Below are positions 6,951 through 15,700 of a stretch of DNA of 24,000 bases, in pieces. This DNA is from an uncultured Planctomycetaceae bacterium (GTDB lineage Bacteria > Planctomycetota > Phycisphaerae > UBA1845 > UTPLA1). Each line of letters begins with the position of its first letter. Within the stretch, counting starts at the first letter, position 1. The notes under the pieces are model-generated. The model ran no database searches. It worked only from the letters and a program-made list of their open reading frames with translations, and had not been told where the DNA came from. The position numbers and the translations under genes were made by a program. The stretch lies in assembly GCA_964576285.1 (NCBI GenBank), contig CAZNUJ010000001.1:196545-220544 (forward strand), written 5' to 3'.

Positions 6951-8705
6951 ATGCGCCTGCCTCGTCTGAAATCGTCGTACATTTCCGGTCAGCTCCTGAT
7001 GAGCCTGGTGCTGACGTCGCTGGCGGCGCTGGTCGGCCGGCTGGTGTTCATCAATGCCAGCCAAGGTCCCCGTCTGCTCGCCCGGACCTTCGAGCAGCAG
7101 CGCTCGACCGTTCCGCTGCCGGCGCGGCGGGGCCTGATCGTCGATTGCCACGGCCGGATTCTGGCCGGCACCGCGCTTCAGAAGTCCGTGTTTGCTGATC
7201 CCGCCTTGATGCCCGACAAGCTCCAGGCGGCCGAGCAGGTCGGGCAGATTCTCGATCTGCCGACCGGCGAACTCGGGCAGGATCTCGTCGCGGCCGGGTC
7301 GCGCCGGTTCTTCGTCGTTCGTCGTCGCATCAGCGACGATCAGGCTGCGGCGCTGCGCGCCACGCGCGTGCCGGGAATCGGCGTGTTTGAGGAGCCGTAT
7401 CGTACCTATCCGCTCACGTCGCTGGCCGCGCAGGTGGTGGGGTTCGTCTCACGCGACGGCGCCGGCCTGGCGGGAATTGAGCATCAGTGCGAATCGTGGT
7501 TGTCCGGCGAGTCCGGCGTCAAGACGATCGTGTGCGACGCGGCTCGGCGGGCGTTCTGGCTGGCCGAGGACGGCTACCAGCCGCCGCGCGACGGCTATCA
7601 CGTGGTGCTGACGATTGACGCCGTCATTCAGGCGGCGGCGGAGCGCGAGCTCCAGGCGGCGGTGGACAAGTTCAAGGCCGAGTCGGGCGTCGCTGTCGTG
7701 ATGGATCCGCGCGACGGCGCGATCCTGGCGATGGCCAACGTTCCGACCTTCGATCCAAATCATTTCCAGGACTACGCCGAAGGCTCGGCCTGGCGCTTCC
7801 GCAATCGAGCCGTGACCGACCCGTTCGAGCCCGGCAGCACGTTCAAGCCGTTCATCGCCGCCTGGGCGCTGGCCGAACGCGTGACGCAACTGGGCGAAAT
7901 CATCGACTGCGAGGCCGGCATGTGGCGCGACGGCAAGCGCCTGCTGCACGACCACCACCCGTATTCCGGCCTCTCGTTCGAGGACGTGGTCGCCAAGTCG
8001 AGCAACATCGGCATGGCGAAGCTCGGCAAGCGGCTGGGCAACCGTCGGCTTCAGGCGGCCCTGCGGGCTTACGGCTTCGGCCAGAAGACCGGCGTCGGCA
8101 TCGTCGGCGAATCGGAAGGAATCGTCCCGCCCCCGCACCAGTGGACCAGCTTCTCCACCACGAGCGTGCCGATGGGCCAGGAGATCGCGGTTACTCCGGT
8201 CCAGATGGTTCGGGCGTTCGCCTCGCTGGTCAACGGAGGTCGGCTCGTCGAACCATTCATGGTCCGCGCGATCCTTGCATCGGACGGCGGCGTCGTGCAG
8301 GAACACAAACCCACGTCGCCGCGCGAGATCCTGAACCGCGGCGTCGCCAACACCATGCGCGACGTCATCCTGACGGGCGTCGTCAACCACGGCACCGGCA
8401 CGCAGGCGGCGTTGGGCCGATACCAGGTGGTCGGCAAGACCGGCACGGCCCAGGTGCCGAAGCCCGGTGGCGGTTATGTTCCTGACGCCTACGTCAGCTC
8501 GTTTGTTGGGGCGGTGCCGCGGCAGGACCCACGGCTGGTGGTTTTCGTGGCCGTGCGACGGCCTGTGAAATCCATCGGGTACTATGGCGGTACGGTCGCG
8601 GCGCCAGCGGCGCGGCAGATTATGGCGTCCGCGCTCGCGTATCTCCAGGTCCCGGCCGAGCGCGACAGCGTGGTCGAGATGGCGAGCGGTTCCGCTGGGG
8701 ATTGA
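6951..8705 (+). CDS. ftsI: Peptidoglycan D,D-transpeptidase FtsI (class B PBP, PBP3-like)
   Basis: 584 aa with an N-terminal TM anchor and a PBP dimerisation region. The transpeptidase motifs are SxxK (GSTFKP), SxN (KSSNIG) and KTGT (VGKTGTAQ). The gene lies in the dcw position between ftsL and murE. Confidence 0.9.
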   Translation: MRLPRLKSSYISGQLLMSLVLTSLAALVGRLVFINASQGPRLLARTFEQQRSTVPLPARRGLIVDCHGRILAGTALQKSVFADPALMPDKLQAAEQVGQILDLPTGELGQDLVAAGSRRFFVVRRRISDDQAAALRATRVPGIGVFEEPYRTYPLTSLAAQVVGFVSRDGAGLAGIEHQCESWLSGESGVKTIVCDAARRAFWLAEDGYQPPRDGYHVVLTIDAVIQAAAERELQAAVDKFKAESGVAVVMDPRDGAILAMANVPTFDPNHFQDYAEGSAWRFRNRAVTDPFEPGSTFKPFIAAWALAERVTQLGEIIDCEAGMWRDGKRLLHDHHPYSGLSFEDVVAKSSNIGMAKLGKRLGNRRLQAALRAYGFGQKTGVGIVGESEGIVPPPHQWTSFSTTSVPMGQEIAVTPVQMVRAFASLVNGGRLVEPFMVRAILASDGGVVQEHKPTSPREILNRGVANTMRDVILTGVVNHGTGTQAALGRYQVVGKTGTAQVPKPGGGYVPDAYVSSFVGAVPRQDPRLVVFVAVRRPVKSIGYYGGTVAAPAARQIMASALAYLQVPAERDSVVEMASGSAGD

Positions 8706-8898
8706 TCCTTCGGGCGCCTTCAGTTGCCGGGCGGTTGTGTTAGACTCCAGGCGGCCGGAAGGACTCGGCGAACTTGGAGCGAGGCTCGGAGCCACGCTCG
8801 CGGGCTGCCGGGGGAAGGCGGATCGCTGGGGCGAGTGTCGCGCGGGGGCAATCGCCGCCCGGCGGCACGCCGCGGCCCAGCGGGTGGAACGGAATTCG

Positions 8899-10410
8899 AT
8901 GACCGTCACGGAGGCGACGAGTCCGCAGGTCGGCATGCCGATGGCCGAACTCTGCCGGCGGGCCCTTCACGTCGGCGGATTCACCTCCAAGCCGATCCTC
9001 GGCATCACCGACGACTCGCGACAGGTCAGACCGGGCTGGCTCTACGTGGCCATCCGCGGCACGCGCGTCGATGGCCATTCCTGCGTACCACAGGCGGTGG
9101 CGGCCGGCGCGGCAGCCGTGGTCGTGGAACGCTCGGTAGGCGTCCCGTCGGGCGTGATCGAGCTGATCGTCCCGGATTCGCGCCGGGCGCTGGCCCGCCT
9201 GATGTCGAGCTGGACCGGGCTGGATCGGCTTCAGGCCGAACGCCGACTGCGCGTCCTCGGTGTGACCGGCACCAACGGCAAGAGCACCTACGCCTTCATG
9301 ACGCGCGAGCTGCTGCGCGCGGCCGGGTTCAAGACGGCCATGCTGGGCACGGTCGTCTATGACCTGGTCGGCCGACAAGTGCCCGCGCCGCTGACGACGC
9401 CCGCCGCGGTCATGCTGAGCGAACACCTGGTCGAGGCGGTCCGCCACGGGGCGCAGTTCGCCACGATGGAGGTGTCGTCCATCAGCCTCGATCAGCGCCG
9501 CACGGACGGCATCGACTTCGAGGTCGCCGCCTTCTCGAACCTGACCGGCGATCACCTCGATTACCACGGCACGATGGGCGACTACTTCGCGGCCAAGAAG
9601 CGCCTGTTCGACTCGCTGCGACCGGGGGCGACGGCCGTCGTGAACGTGGACGATCCGCACGGCGAACTCATCGTGGCCGAGTGTCGGGCGCGCGTGCTGC
9701 GGTATGGCTTCAACGACCGCGCCGACTTGCGAGCGGACATCATCGACGGCAGCGCCGCCGGAACGCGCTTCGCGCTTCATTTCGCCGGTCGGTCGCTGGA
9801 GATGTCGACGCCGCTGGCCGGGCGACACAACGTTTACAACGCGATGGCCGCGGCCGGATCGATGCTGGCGATCGGCCTGGACCTCGAGACCATCCGCAGC
9901 GGACTGGCGGCCGTGCGGCGCATCCCCGGCCGACTGGAAAGGGTCGACTCCAACGGCACGGGCATTGACGTGTTTGTAGACTACGCTCACACCGACGACG
10001 CGCTCGAGAACGTCCTGAAGGCGGTGCGGGCGTTCACGAGGGGGCGAGTGTGGTGCGTGTTCGGCTGCGGCGGAGATCGCGACCGCGGCAAACGTCCGCG
10101 CATGGCGGCGGTGGCGGCCCGGCTGGCCGACGAGGTCGTCATCACCAGCGACAATCCGCGCACCGAGGATCCGCGCGCGATCATCGCGGAGATTGTCGCC
10201 GGGCTTCCGAGCGGGCAGGCCGCGGCGCTGGTCGACGTCGATCGGGCGGCCGCGATCGAGGCCGTCTTGGCGCGGGCGTCGCGGGGCGACACCGTCCTGA
10301 TTGCAGGCAAGGGCCACGAGGACTATCAGATCATCGGAACCGAGAAGATCCACTTTGACGACGTCGAGGTGGCGGCCAAGGCGCTCAAACGCCGCGGCGG
10401 CGCGTTATGA
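8899..10410 (+). CDS. murE: UDP-N-acetylmuramoyl-L-alanyl-D-glutamate--2,6-diaminopimelate ligase MurE
   Basis: ILGITDDSRQVRPGWLYVAIRGTRVDGH resembles the MurE N-terminus. The P-loop is GVTGTNGKSTY. The DNPR motif (ITSDNPRTEDP) is associated with meso-DAP-adding enzymes. The ORF track begins at 8584, but that upstream part is Arg-rich junk. ATG 8899 is preferred and ATG 8935 is an alternative. Confidence 0.92.
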   Translation: MTVTEATSPQVGMPMAELCRRALHVGGFTSKPILGITDDSRQVRPGWLYVAIRGTRVDGHSCVPQAVAAGAAAVVVERSVGVPSGVIELIVPDSRRALARLMSSWTGLDRLQAERRLRVLGVTGTNGKSTYAFMTRELLRAAGFKTAMLGTVVYDLVGRQVPAPLTTPAAVMLSEHLVEAVRHGAQFATMEVSSISLDQRRTDGIDFEVAAFSNLTGDHLDYHGTMGDYFAAKKRLFDSLRPGATAVVNVDDPHGELIVAECRARVLRYGFNDRADLRADIIDGSAAGTRFALHFAGRSLEMSTPLAGRHNVYNAMAAAGSMLAIGLDLETIRSGLAAVRRIPGRLERVDSNGTGIDVFVDYAHTDDALENVLKAVRAFTRGRVWCVFGCGGDRDRGKRPRMAAVAARLADEVVITSDNPRTEDPRAIIAEIVAGLPSGQAAALVDVDRAAAIEAVLARASRGDTVLIAGKGHEDYQIIGTEKIHFDDVEVAAKALKRRGGAL

Positions 10411-11804
10411 AGAAACTGACGCTCGAGGAAATCGCTGCGGCGATTGGCGTCCGGTCCGTCGACAAGCTGCCTCGGATCGGCGTGTCGCGGATCTGCACCG
10501 ACAGCCGCGACCTGCGGCACGGCGACCTGTTCTTCGCGCTGCCCGGCCAACAGTTTGACGGGCATGATTTCGTTGACGCCGCGCTCAGCGGCGGGGCGGT
10601 GGCGGCCGTCGTCGCCGACGCTGGCCGCGTTCCCAGCCGCTGGCGCGACGCCGGCCGGCTGATCGTCGTGCCCGACACCGTCGATGCTTTTGGCCGGCTG
10701 GCCGGATACCACCGCACGCAGTCGGCTGCCGCCGTCATCGGGGTCGTGGGCAGCAATGGAAAGACGACGACCAAGGAGCTGATCCACGCGGTGCTGCGAT
10801 CGCGCAAGAGCGGCAAGGCGGCCGCCAAGAGCTTCAACAACCACATCGGCGTACCGCTGACGCTGCTGTCGATCGACGCCTCGGACGAATATGTCGTCGT
10901 GGAGATCGGAACGAATCGACCCGGCGAGGTCGCCGCGCTGGCGCAGATCGCGCGCCCCGATCTCGGTGTCGTCACCAGCATCGGCGAGGAGCATCTGGAG
11001 TATCTCGGCGACTTGTCCGGCGTCGCGGAGGAGGAGCTATCGCTGCTGGCGCACATCCGCCGACGCGGGTGGGCCGTGCTGAACCACGAGTGCCGCGCCC
11101 GGCCGCAGGTGGCCCGCCGGCAGGACCTGTCGGTGCTGAGCTTCGGCTTCCAGTCGGATGCCGACCTGCGCGCATCCGATGTCACCGTGGTCGATGGTCG
11201 GCAGCGTTTTCGGGTGAACGGTCGCTTCGAGTACGAGCTGCCGACGTTGGGCGTGCACAACGTCAGCAATGCGCTGGCGGCCATCGCGGTCGGCCTGCGC
11301 TTCGGGCTGCCGCACACCGATATCGCCGCGGCACTGTCCAAGGCGGCGCTGCCGCCGCAGCGACTGGAACCTTCGCGCGTCGGCGACGTATTGATTCTCA
11401 ATGACGCCTACAACGCCAACCCCGCCAGCATGCGGGCGGCGCTCGCCACACTCGACCAGCTTCCGCCGCGAGGACGGCGCGTGCTGCTGCTGGGCGATAT
11501 GCGCGAGCTGGGGGCCGACGCGCTGCGGTATCACGAAGAGCTCGGCCGGGCGGCGGGACGCTCCAGCGCCGCCGTCATCGTCGCCATCGGAGCTTTCGCC
11601 CGCAACGTGGCCGACGGGGCGATCTCGACGGCGGGCACCGGCAAGCGGATATACTGGCACCCCTCCATTGAGACGGCCGGCCCCGCGCTGGAGCGGCTGC
11701 TCGAGCCCGGCGACATCGTTCTGCTGAAGGGTTCGCGCGCCGTCCGCATGGAGCGCCTGATTCCGTTCATCGAGCGGTCGGCGATCACGCGCGTGCCGGC
11801 ATGA
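10407..11804 (+). CDS. murF: UDP-N-acetylmuramoyl-tripeptide--D-alanyl-D-alanine ligase MurF
   Basis: The start overlaps the murE stop (ATGA at 10407-10410), consistent with translational coupling. The P-loop is GVVGSNGKTTTKE. The Mur ligase middle and C-terminal regions include LNDAYNANPASM and LLGDMRELG. Confidence 0.92.
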   Translation: MKKLTLEEIAAAIGVRSVDKLPRIGVSRICTDSRDLRHGDLFFALPGQQFDGHDFVDAALSGGAVAAVVADAGRVPSRWRDAGRLIVVPDTVDAFGRLAGYHRTQSAAAVIGVVGSNGKTTTKELIHAVLRSRKSGKAAAKSFNNHIGVPLTLLSIDASDEYVVVEIGTNRPGEVAALAQIARPDLGVVTSIGEEHLEYLGDLSGVAEEELSLLAHIRRRGWAVLNHECRARPQVARRQDLSVLSFGFQSDADLRASDVTVVDGRQRFRVNGRFEYELPTLGVHNVSNALAAIAVGLRFGLPHTDIAAALSKAALPPQRLEPSRVGDVLILNDAYNANPASMRAALATLDQLPPRGRRVLLLGDMRELGADALRYHEELGRAAGRSSAAVIVAIGAFARNVADGAISTAGTGKRIYWHPSIETAGPALERLLEPGDIVLLKGSRAVRMERLIPFIERSAITRVPA

Positions 11805-11834
11805 GGCGGACCGAGAGCTCGGTGTGACGCCAAG

Positions 11835-12971
11835 TTGATCTACCTGCTGCTTGACTACCTTCTGGCCGGACAGGCGTACGCGTACAAGGCGGCCCTGTTT
11901 CGCGCGCTGGTGGCCATCCCGCTGTCCTTTCTGATTGTCTGGTGGATAGGGCCGCGCACCATCCGCTGGCTGATCCGCAAGAAGCTCGGCGACCGACCCG
12001 AGTTCGACCATGCGGCCCTCAACCAGCTCACCGCCCACAAGGCCAACGTGCCGACCATGGGCGGCATCCTGATCCTGGCCGCCATCGCGGTCAGCATGCT
12101 GCTGCTCTCCGACCTGACGAACTTCTACGTGCACCTGGCGTTGTTCTGCATGATCTGGCTGGGCACGCTCGGCGCCATCGACGACTGGCTCAAGCTCACG
12201 GCCGCGCGCCGCAGCGGGTCGCGCGACGGCTTGAAGATGTACGAGAAGCTGCTGTTTCAGATCGGTCTCGGCGTCATGCTGGCCTTCTTCATCTACCAGT
12301 ACGGCCAGCGCAACCTGATGGCCGGACAGGTGGCGTTCTTCAACCAGATCATGATTCCGTTCTACAAGGGCGACCCAATCACCCACGGCGTGACCGTATC
12401 GGTGCCGCTGTTCATGGTCGTCACCGTGCTGGTGGTGGCCGGCACGTCCAACGCGGTGAATCTGACGGATGGCATGGACGGCCTCGCGAGCGGTTGCACC
12501 GCGATGTGCGCGGCGGTGTTCATGGTCATGTCGGCCGTGGTGGGCGAGCCCGACTTCGCCGCGTTTCTGCTGCTGCCGCGCGTGGATGGTTCCGCCGAGC
12601 TGTCGGTGCTCTGCGGCGCGATGCTCGGGGCGTGCCTGGGGTTCCTGTGGTTCAACTGCAATCCCGCCCAGGTGTTTATGGGCGACACCGGCTCGCTGCC
12701 GCTGGGCGGGCTGATCGGGTACGTCGCGATCGTCATCCGCCACGAGCTGTTGCTGTTGATCGTCGGCGGCATCTTCGTCATCGAAGCGGTGTCGGTGCTG
12801 CTTCAGGTGGGGTATTTCAAGTTCTCCGGCGGCAAGCGCATCTTCCGAGTCGCCCCGATTCATCACCACTTTCACCTCGGCGGATGGACCGAGACGCAGG
12901 TGGTCACCCGGTTCTGGCTGCTCGGCGCGCTGTTCGCGGTCTTCGCCATCGCGACCGCGAAGCTGAGGTAA
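11835..12971 (+). CDS. mraY: Phospho-N-acetylmuramoyl-pentapeptide transferase MraY
   Basis: Polytopic membrane protein with the MraY motifs NAVNLTDGMDGLASG, FMGDTGSLPLGGLIG and APIHHHF. The only in-frame start after the upstream stop (11802-11804) is TTG 11835, giving MIYLLLDYLL. Confidence 0.92.
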   Translation: MIYLLLDYLLAGQAYAYKAALFRALVAIPLSFLIVWWIGPRTIRWLIRKKLGDRPEFDHAALNQLTAHKANVPTMGGILILAAIAVSMLLLSDLTNFYVHLALFCMIWLGTLGAIDDWLKLTAARRSGSRDGLKMYEKLLFQIGLGVMLAFFIYQYGQRNLMAGQVAFFNQIMIPFYKGDPITHGVTVSVPLFMVVTVLVVAGTSNAVNLTDGMDGLASGCTAMCAAVFMVMSAVVGEPDFAAFLLLPRVDGSAELSVLCGAMLGACLGFLWFNCNPAQVFMGDTGSLPLGGLIGYVAIVIRHELLLLIVGGIFVIEAVSVLLQVGYFKFSGGKRIFRVAPIHHHFHLGGWTETQVVTRFWLLGALFAVFAIATAKLR

Positions 12972-13002
12972 CTGCCGTGACCCCGGGTCGGGAGTTCTTG
13001 GC

Positions 13003-14160
13003 ATGTCGGCCGCCCTGAGTCAACCGACGCGAGCAAGCACGACGCTGGCCGTCGTGGCCGCCGCGCTGATGTCGATGGGGGTGGTCATGGTGTTCTCGAC
13101 CACGGTCAGCCTCGAGAAGCCGTCGCCGCTCCTCGCTCCGCTCCAGCATCCGGCCGTTCGCCACGCGGCGTTCACCTTGGGCGCCTTGCTGGTCCTTCTG
13201 TTCACCGCTTGCGTGCCATACCACTGGTTCCGGCTCCGCCCCGGCGTGTGGTGGCAGCCCGCCGTGTTCGTGCTGATCGTGGCGGTGACGCTGTGCACGG
13301 TCGTGCTGGTGCCGGGCATCGGCAGCGAGCGAAACGGCGCCCGGCGCTGGTTGTCCGTCGGACCGGCCGCGATGGGGCTCGGCTTCCAGCCGTCCGAGCT
13401 GGCGAAGCTGGCCCTGGTGGTGTTCCTCGCCGCTTACGGCGCCGCGCGCGAAGATCGAATGCCGAGTTTCTGGCGCGGGCTGGCGCCGGCGCTGGCCGTC
13501 GTCGGGCTGCTGGCGGGCCTGGTCGGGAAGGAAGACTTCGGCACGGCCGCCATGTTGGCGGCCGTCGGCGGATCGGTCCTGCTGGCCGCGGGGGCGCGCT
13601 GGTGGCAATTCGCGCTGTGTGCCTTGCCCGGCGCGGTCGGCGCGGTGTGGCTGATCATCTCCGAGCCGTACCGAGTCCAGCGCTTGCTCAGCTTCATGGA
13701 CATCTGGGCCGATCCGCGCGGCCGCGGCTATCACCAGATTCAGTCGCTTCAGACGATTGCATCCGGCGGCTGGTGGGGACTGGGGCTCGGCAACGGCGTC
13801 CAGAAGTACGGCTACCTGCCGGAGGCCCGCACCGACTTCATTTTCGCCATCATCTGCGAGGAGCTCGGCATGCTGGGCGGCGCGGCCGTGATCGGTTTGT
13901 TCATGGTCTTCGTGTGGCAGGGGTGGCGCGCGATGAGCGCCGCCGGCGACTCGTTCGCGCGGCTCCTGATCCTGGGCGCGACCCTGACCATCGGCATGCA
14001 AGCCGCGATGAACATCGCCGTCGTCACTGTTTCCGTGCCGACCAAAGGCATCTCGTTGCCGCTCGTGTCGGCGGGGGGCTCCGGCGTCATCTTTCTGGGA
14101 GCGATGATCGGGTTGCTGGTCAACGCGTCTCGGCGGCACATCTCGCCGGACTCCCTTTGA
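13003..14160 (+). CDS. ftsW: SEDS-family peptidoglycan glycosyltransferase FtsW
   Basis: About 10 predicted TM segments. The SEDS motifs are GYHQIQSLQTIASGGWWGLGLGNG, LPEARTDFIFAIICEELG and PTKGISLPLVSAGGSG. Its position between mraY and murG supports FtsW rather than RodA. Confidence 0.9.
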   Translation: MSAALSQPTRASTTLAVVAAALMSMGVVMVFSTTVSLEKPSPLLAPLQHPAVRHAAFTLGALLVLLFTACVPYHWFRLRPGVWWQPAVFVLIVAVTLCTVVLVPGIGSERNGARRWLSVGPAAMGLGFQPSELAKLALVVFLAAYGAAREDRMPSFWRGLAPALAVVGLLAGLVGKEDFGTAAMLAAVGGSVLLAAGARWWQFALCALPGAVGAVWLIISEPYRVQRLLSFMDIWADPRGRGYHQIQSLQTIASGGWWGLGLGNGVQKYGYLPEARTDFIFAIICEELGMLGGAAVIGLFMVFVWQGWRAMSAAGDSFARLLILGATLTIGMQAAMNIAVVTVSVPTKGISLPLVSAGGSGVIFLGAMIGLLVNASRRHISPDSL

Positions 14161-14175
14161 CAGGAACCACCTGCG

Positions 14176-15414
14176 ATGGTCGTCATGACTCAGCCTGACG
14201 CATCTTTGACTCCGCAGGACGCCACCCGCGTCAGGGCATCGGTCGGCACGTCGCCCTCCGCCGAGGTCCGCCCTGCACCTCATCGCGGGCTGGCGCCGTG
14301 GCTGATTCTCGCCGGCGGCGGGACCGGCGGACACCTGTTCCCCGGGTTGGCCGTGGTCGATCGACTGCGCGCCGCCCGTCCGGAATTCGAAATCACCGTC
14401 TTCGGCACGACGCGGCCAATCGATCGCGACGTCGTCCTGCCGCGCGGCCACGCGCTGGTGCCTCAGGCGGTCAGAGCGTTCCCCAGCCGCCCATGGCAGT
14501 GGCCGGGCTTCTACCTCGCATGGCGCAGGTCGTTGGCTGCGGCGCGCGAACACTTCGAGCGGCGACGTCCGGCGGCGGTGCTCGGTCTGGGCGGCTACGC
14601 CGCCGCGCCGCCGGTGATCGTGGCGTCCGAAATGGGCGTGCCGACGGCGCTCTTCAACCCGGATGCCGCGCCGGGCCGCGCGAACCGACGATTGGCCCGC
14701 TGCGTGCGGCAGGTGTTTGTCCAGTGGCCGGTGACGGTCGAGGCGTTCGCCGGCAGCGGCGCGATCGTGCACGTGACGGGCTGCCCGGTTCGTTCACGCG
14801 TGTTGTCCGTCCGCCGAGACGAGGGCTGCGCGGCGTTCCGGCTTGACGCGGGCCGACCGACCCTGCTCGTCACCGGTGCGTCGCAAGGCGCACGCTCGAT
14901 CAACCTGGCCTGCCTGGAGCTGGTGCCGTTCCTGAAGGCCGCGTCCGATTGGCAGATTCTGCACATCGCCGGCTCGGTCGACCTCGAATTGGTGCAATCC
15001 GGGTACGCGGCCGCGGGTCTTGATGCCCGCGTGGTGGCGTTCACCGAGTCGATGCCCGAGGCGCTGGCCGCCGCCGATCTTGTCATCGCGCGGGCCGGCG
15101 CGTCGACGCTCGCCGAACTCACGGCCCGCGGCATCGCCGCGATCCTGCTGCCCTATCCGTACGATCGTCACCAGCATCAACGCGCCAACGCGCGCGTGCT
15201 CGAGCGGGCCGGCGCGGCCGTGGTCATCGACGACGCGGGCGATGCTCGCGCCAATGCCGCCGCGCTGCGGCCCCAGCTCGAGCGCCTCGTTTGGTCGCGC
15301 GGCGACCGCGACGCCATGGCGGCGGCTTCGCGCGCCCTCGGCCGTCCAGATGCCGGCGAGCGCATCGCCGCGTTGCTGCTCGCCGCGGCTGATAACGTGC
15401 CGTTCGCTGGCTGA
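14176..15414 (+). CDS. murG: UDP-N-acetylglucosamine--N-acetylmuramyl-(pentapeptide) pyrophosphoryl-undecaprenol GlcNAc transferase MurG
   Basis: Motifs GGGTGGHLFPGLAV, ARAGASTLAELTARGIAAILLPYP and HQRANARVLERAGAA are present. About 45 aa of non-conserved N-terminal sequence precede the G-loop, so the true start could be downstream of 14176. Confidence 0.9.
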   Translation: MVVMTQPDASLTPQDATRVRASVGTSPSAEVRPAPHRGLAPWLILAGGGTGGHLFPGLAVVDRLRAARPEFEITVFGTTRPIDRDVVLPRGHALVPQAVRAFPSRPWQWPGFYLAWRRSLAAAREHFERRRPAAVLGLGGYAAAPPVIVASEMGVPTALFNPDAAPGRANRRLARCVRQVFVQWPVTVEAFAGSGAIVHVTGCPVRSRVLSVRRDEGCAAFRLDAGRPTLLVTGASQGARSINLACLELVPFLKAASDWQILHIAGSVDLELVQSGYAAAGLDARVVAFTESMPEALAAADLVIARAGASTLAELTARGIAAILLPYPYDRHQHQRANARVLERAGAAVVIDDAGDARANAAALRPQLERLVWSRGDRDAMAAASRALGRPDAGERIAALLLAAADNVPFAG

Positions 15415-15700
15415 CGCGGCCGTCCGTTCGCATCATCCCCGCGTCGTGGCGCCGCGCGGGCGCGACTATCGGCCCTCACGGCTGGTTTGACTTCATCCGC
15501 TCTGAATTGAATGGTCTGTTGGCAGCGTCGCGCGATCGGCGGCTCCAGAGCGAGTCCGCGATCGCAGTGCCGCTGGGGGAGCTTCCGTCGGCGTGTCGCT
15601 GATTCTCGGTCCGCGGGGACGTGGCCGGGAGTCGCGTGGCCGGTGTCGGCCGCGGCGCCGCGGAAGGGGACGGGAAAGATTCACCCTCGGAGGAGAATCG

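Noticed and set aside
8584-8898. Upstream extension of the murE ORF overlapping the ftsI 3' end
   Set aside because: The translation is Arg-rich (MAVRSRRQRRGRLWRPRSR...) and overlaps ftsI out of frame. The MurE homology begins near ATG 8899/8935.
7449-14772. Very long minus-strand ORFs: 7449-8936 (495 aa), 8740-10353 (537 aa), 10385-11401 (338 aa), 11037-13004 (655 aa), 12904-14772 (622 aa)
   Set aside because: Each is fully antisense to a confidently identified dcw gene (ftsI, murE, murF, mraY, ftsW, murG). All have Arg/His/Gly/Asp/Pro-biased junk composition with no recognisable motifs. This is the stop-codon-poor antisense artefact of high GC.
15487-15515. TTGACT-N17-AATGGT promoter-like element after murG
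   Set aside because: The -35 is good but the -10 is poor (AATGGT). It lies about 190 nt from the next start codon. Evidence is insufficient to list it as a feature.
15621-15663. Direct repeat GTGGCCGG x2 (15621, 15636) and 14-nt palindrome CCGCGGCGCCGCGG (15650-15663) upstream of the PEP-CTERM gene
   Set aside because: These are short, pure-GC elements of a kind that arises readily by chance at this base composition. There is no supporting context such as spacing to a promoter or repetition elsewhere in the window.
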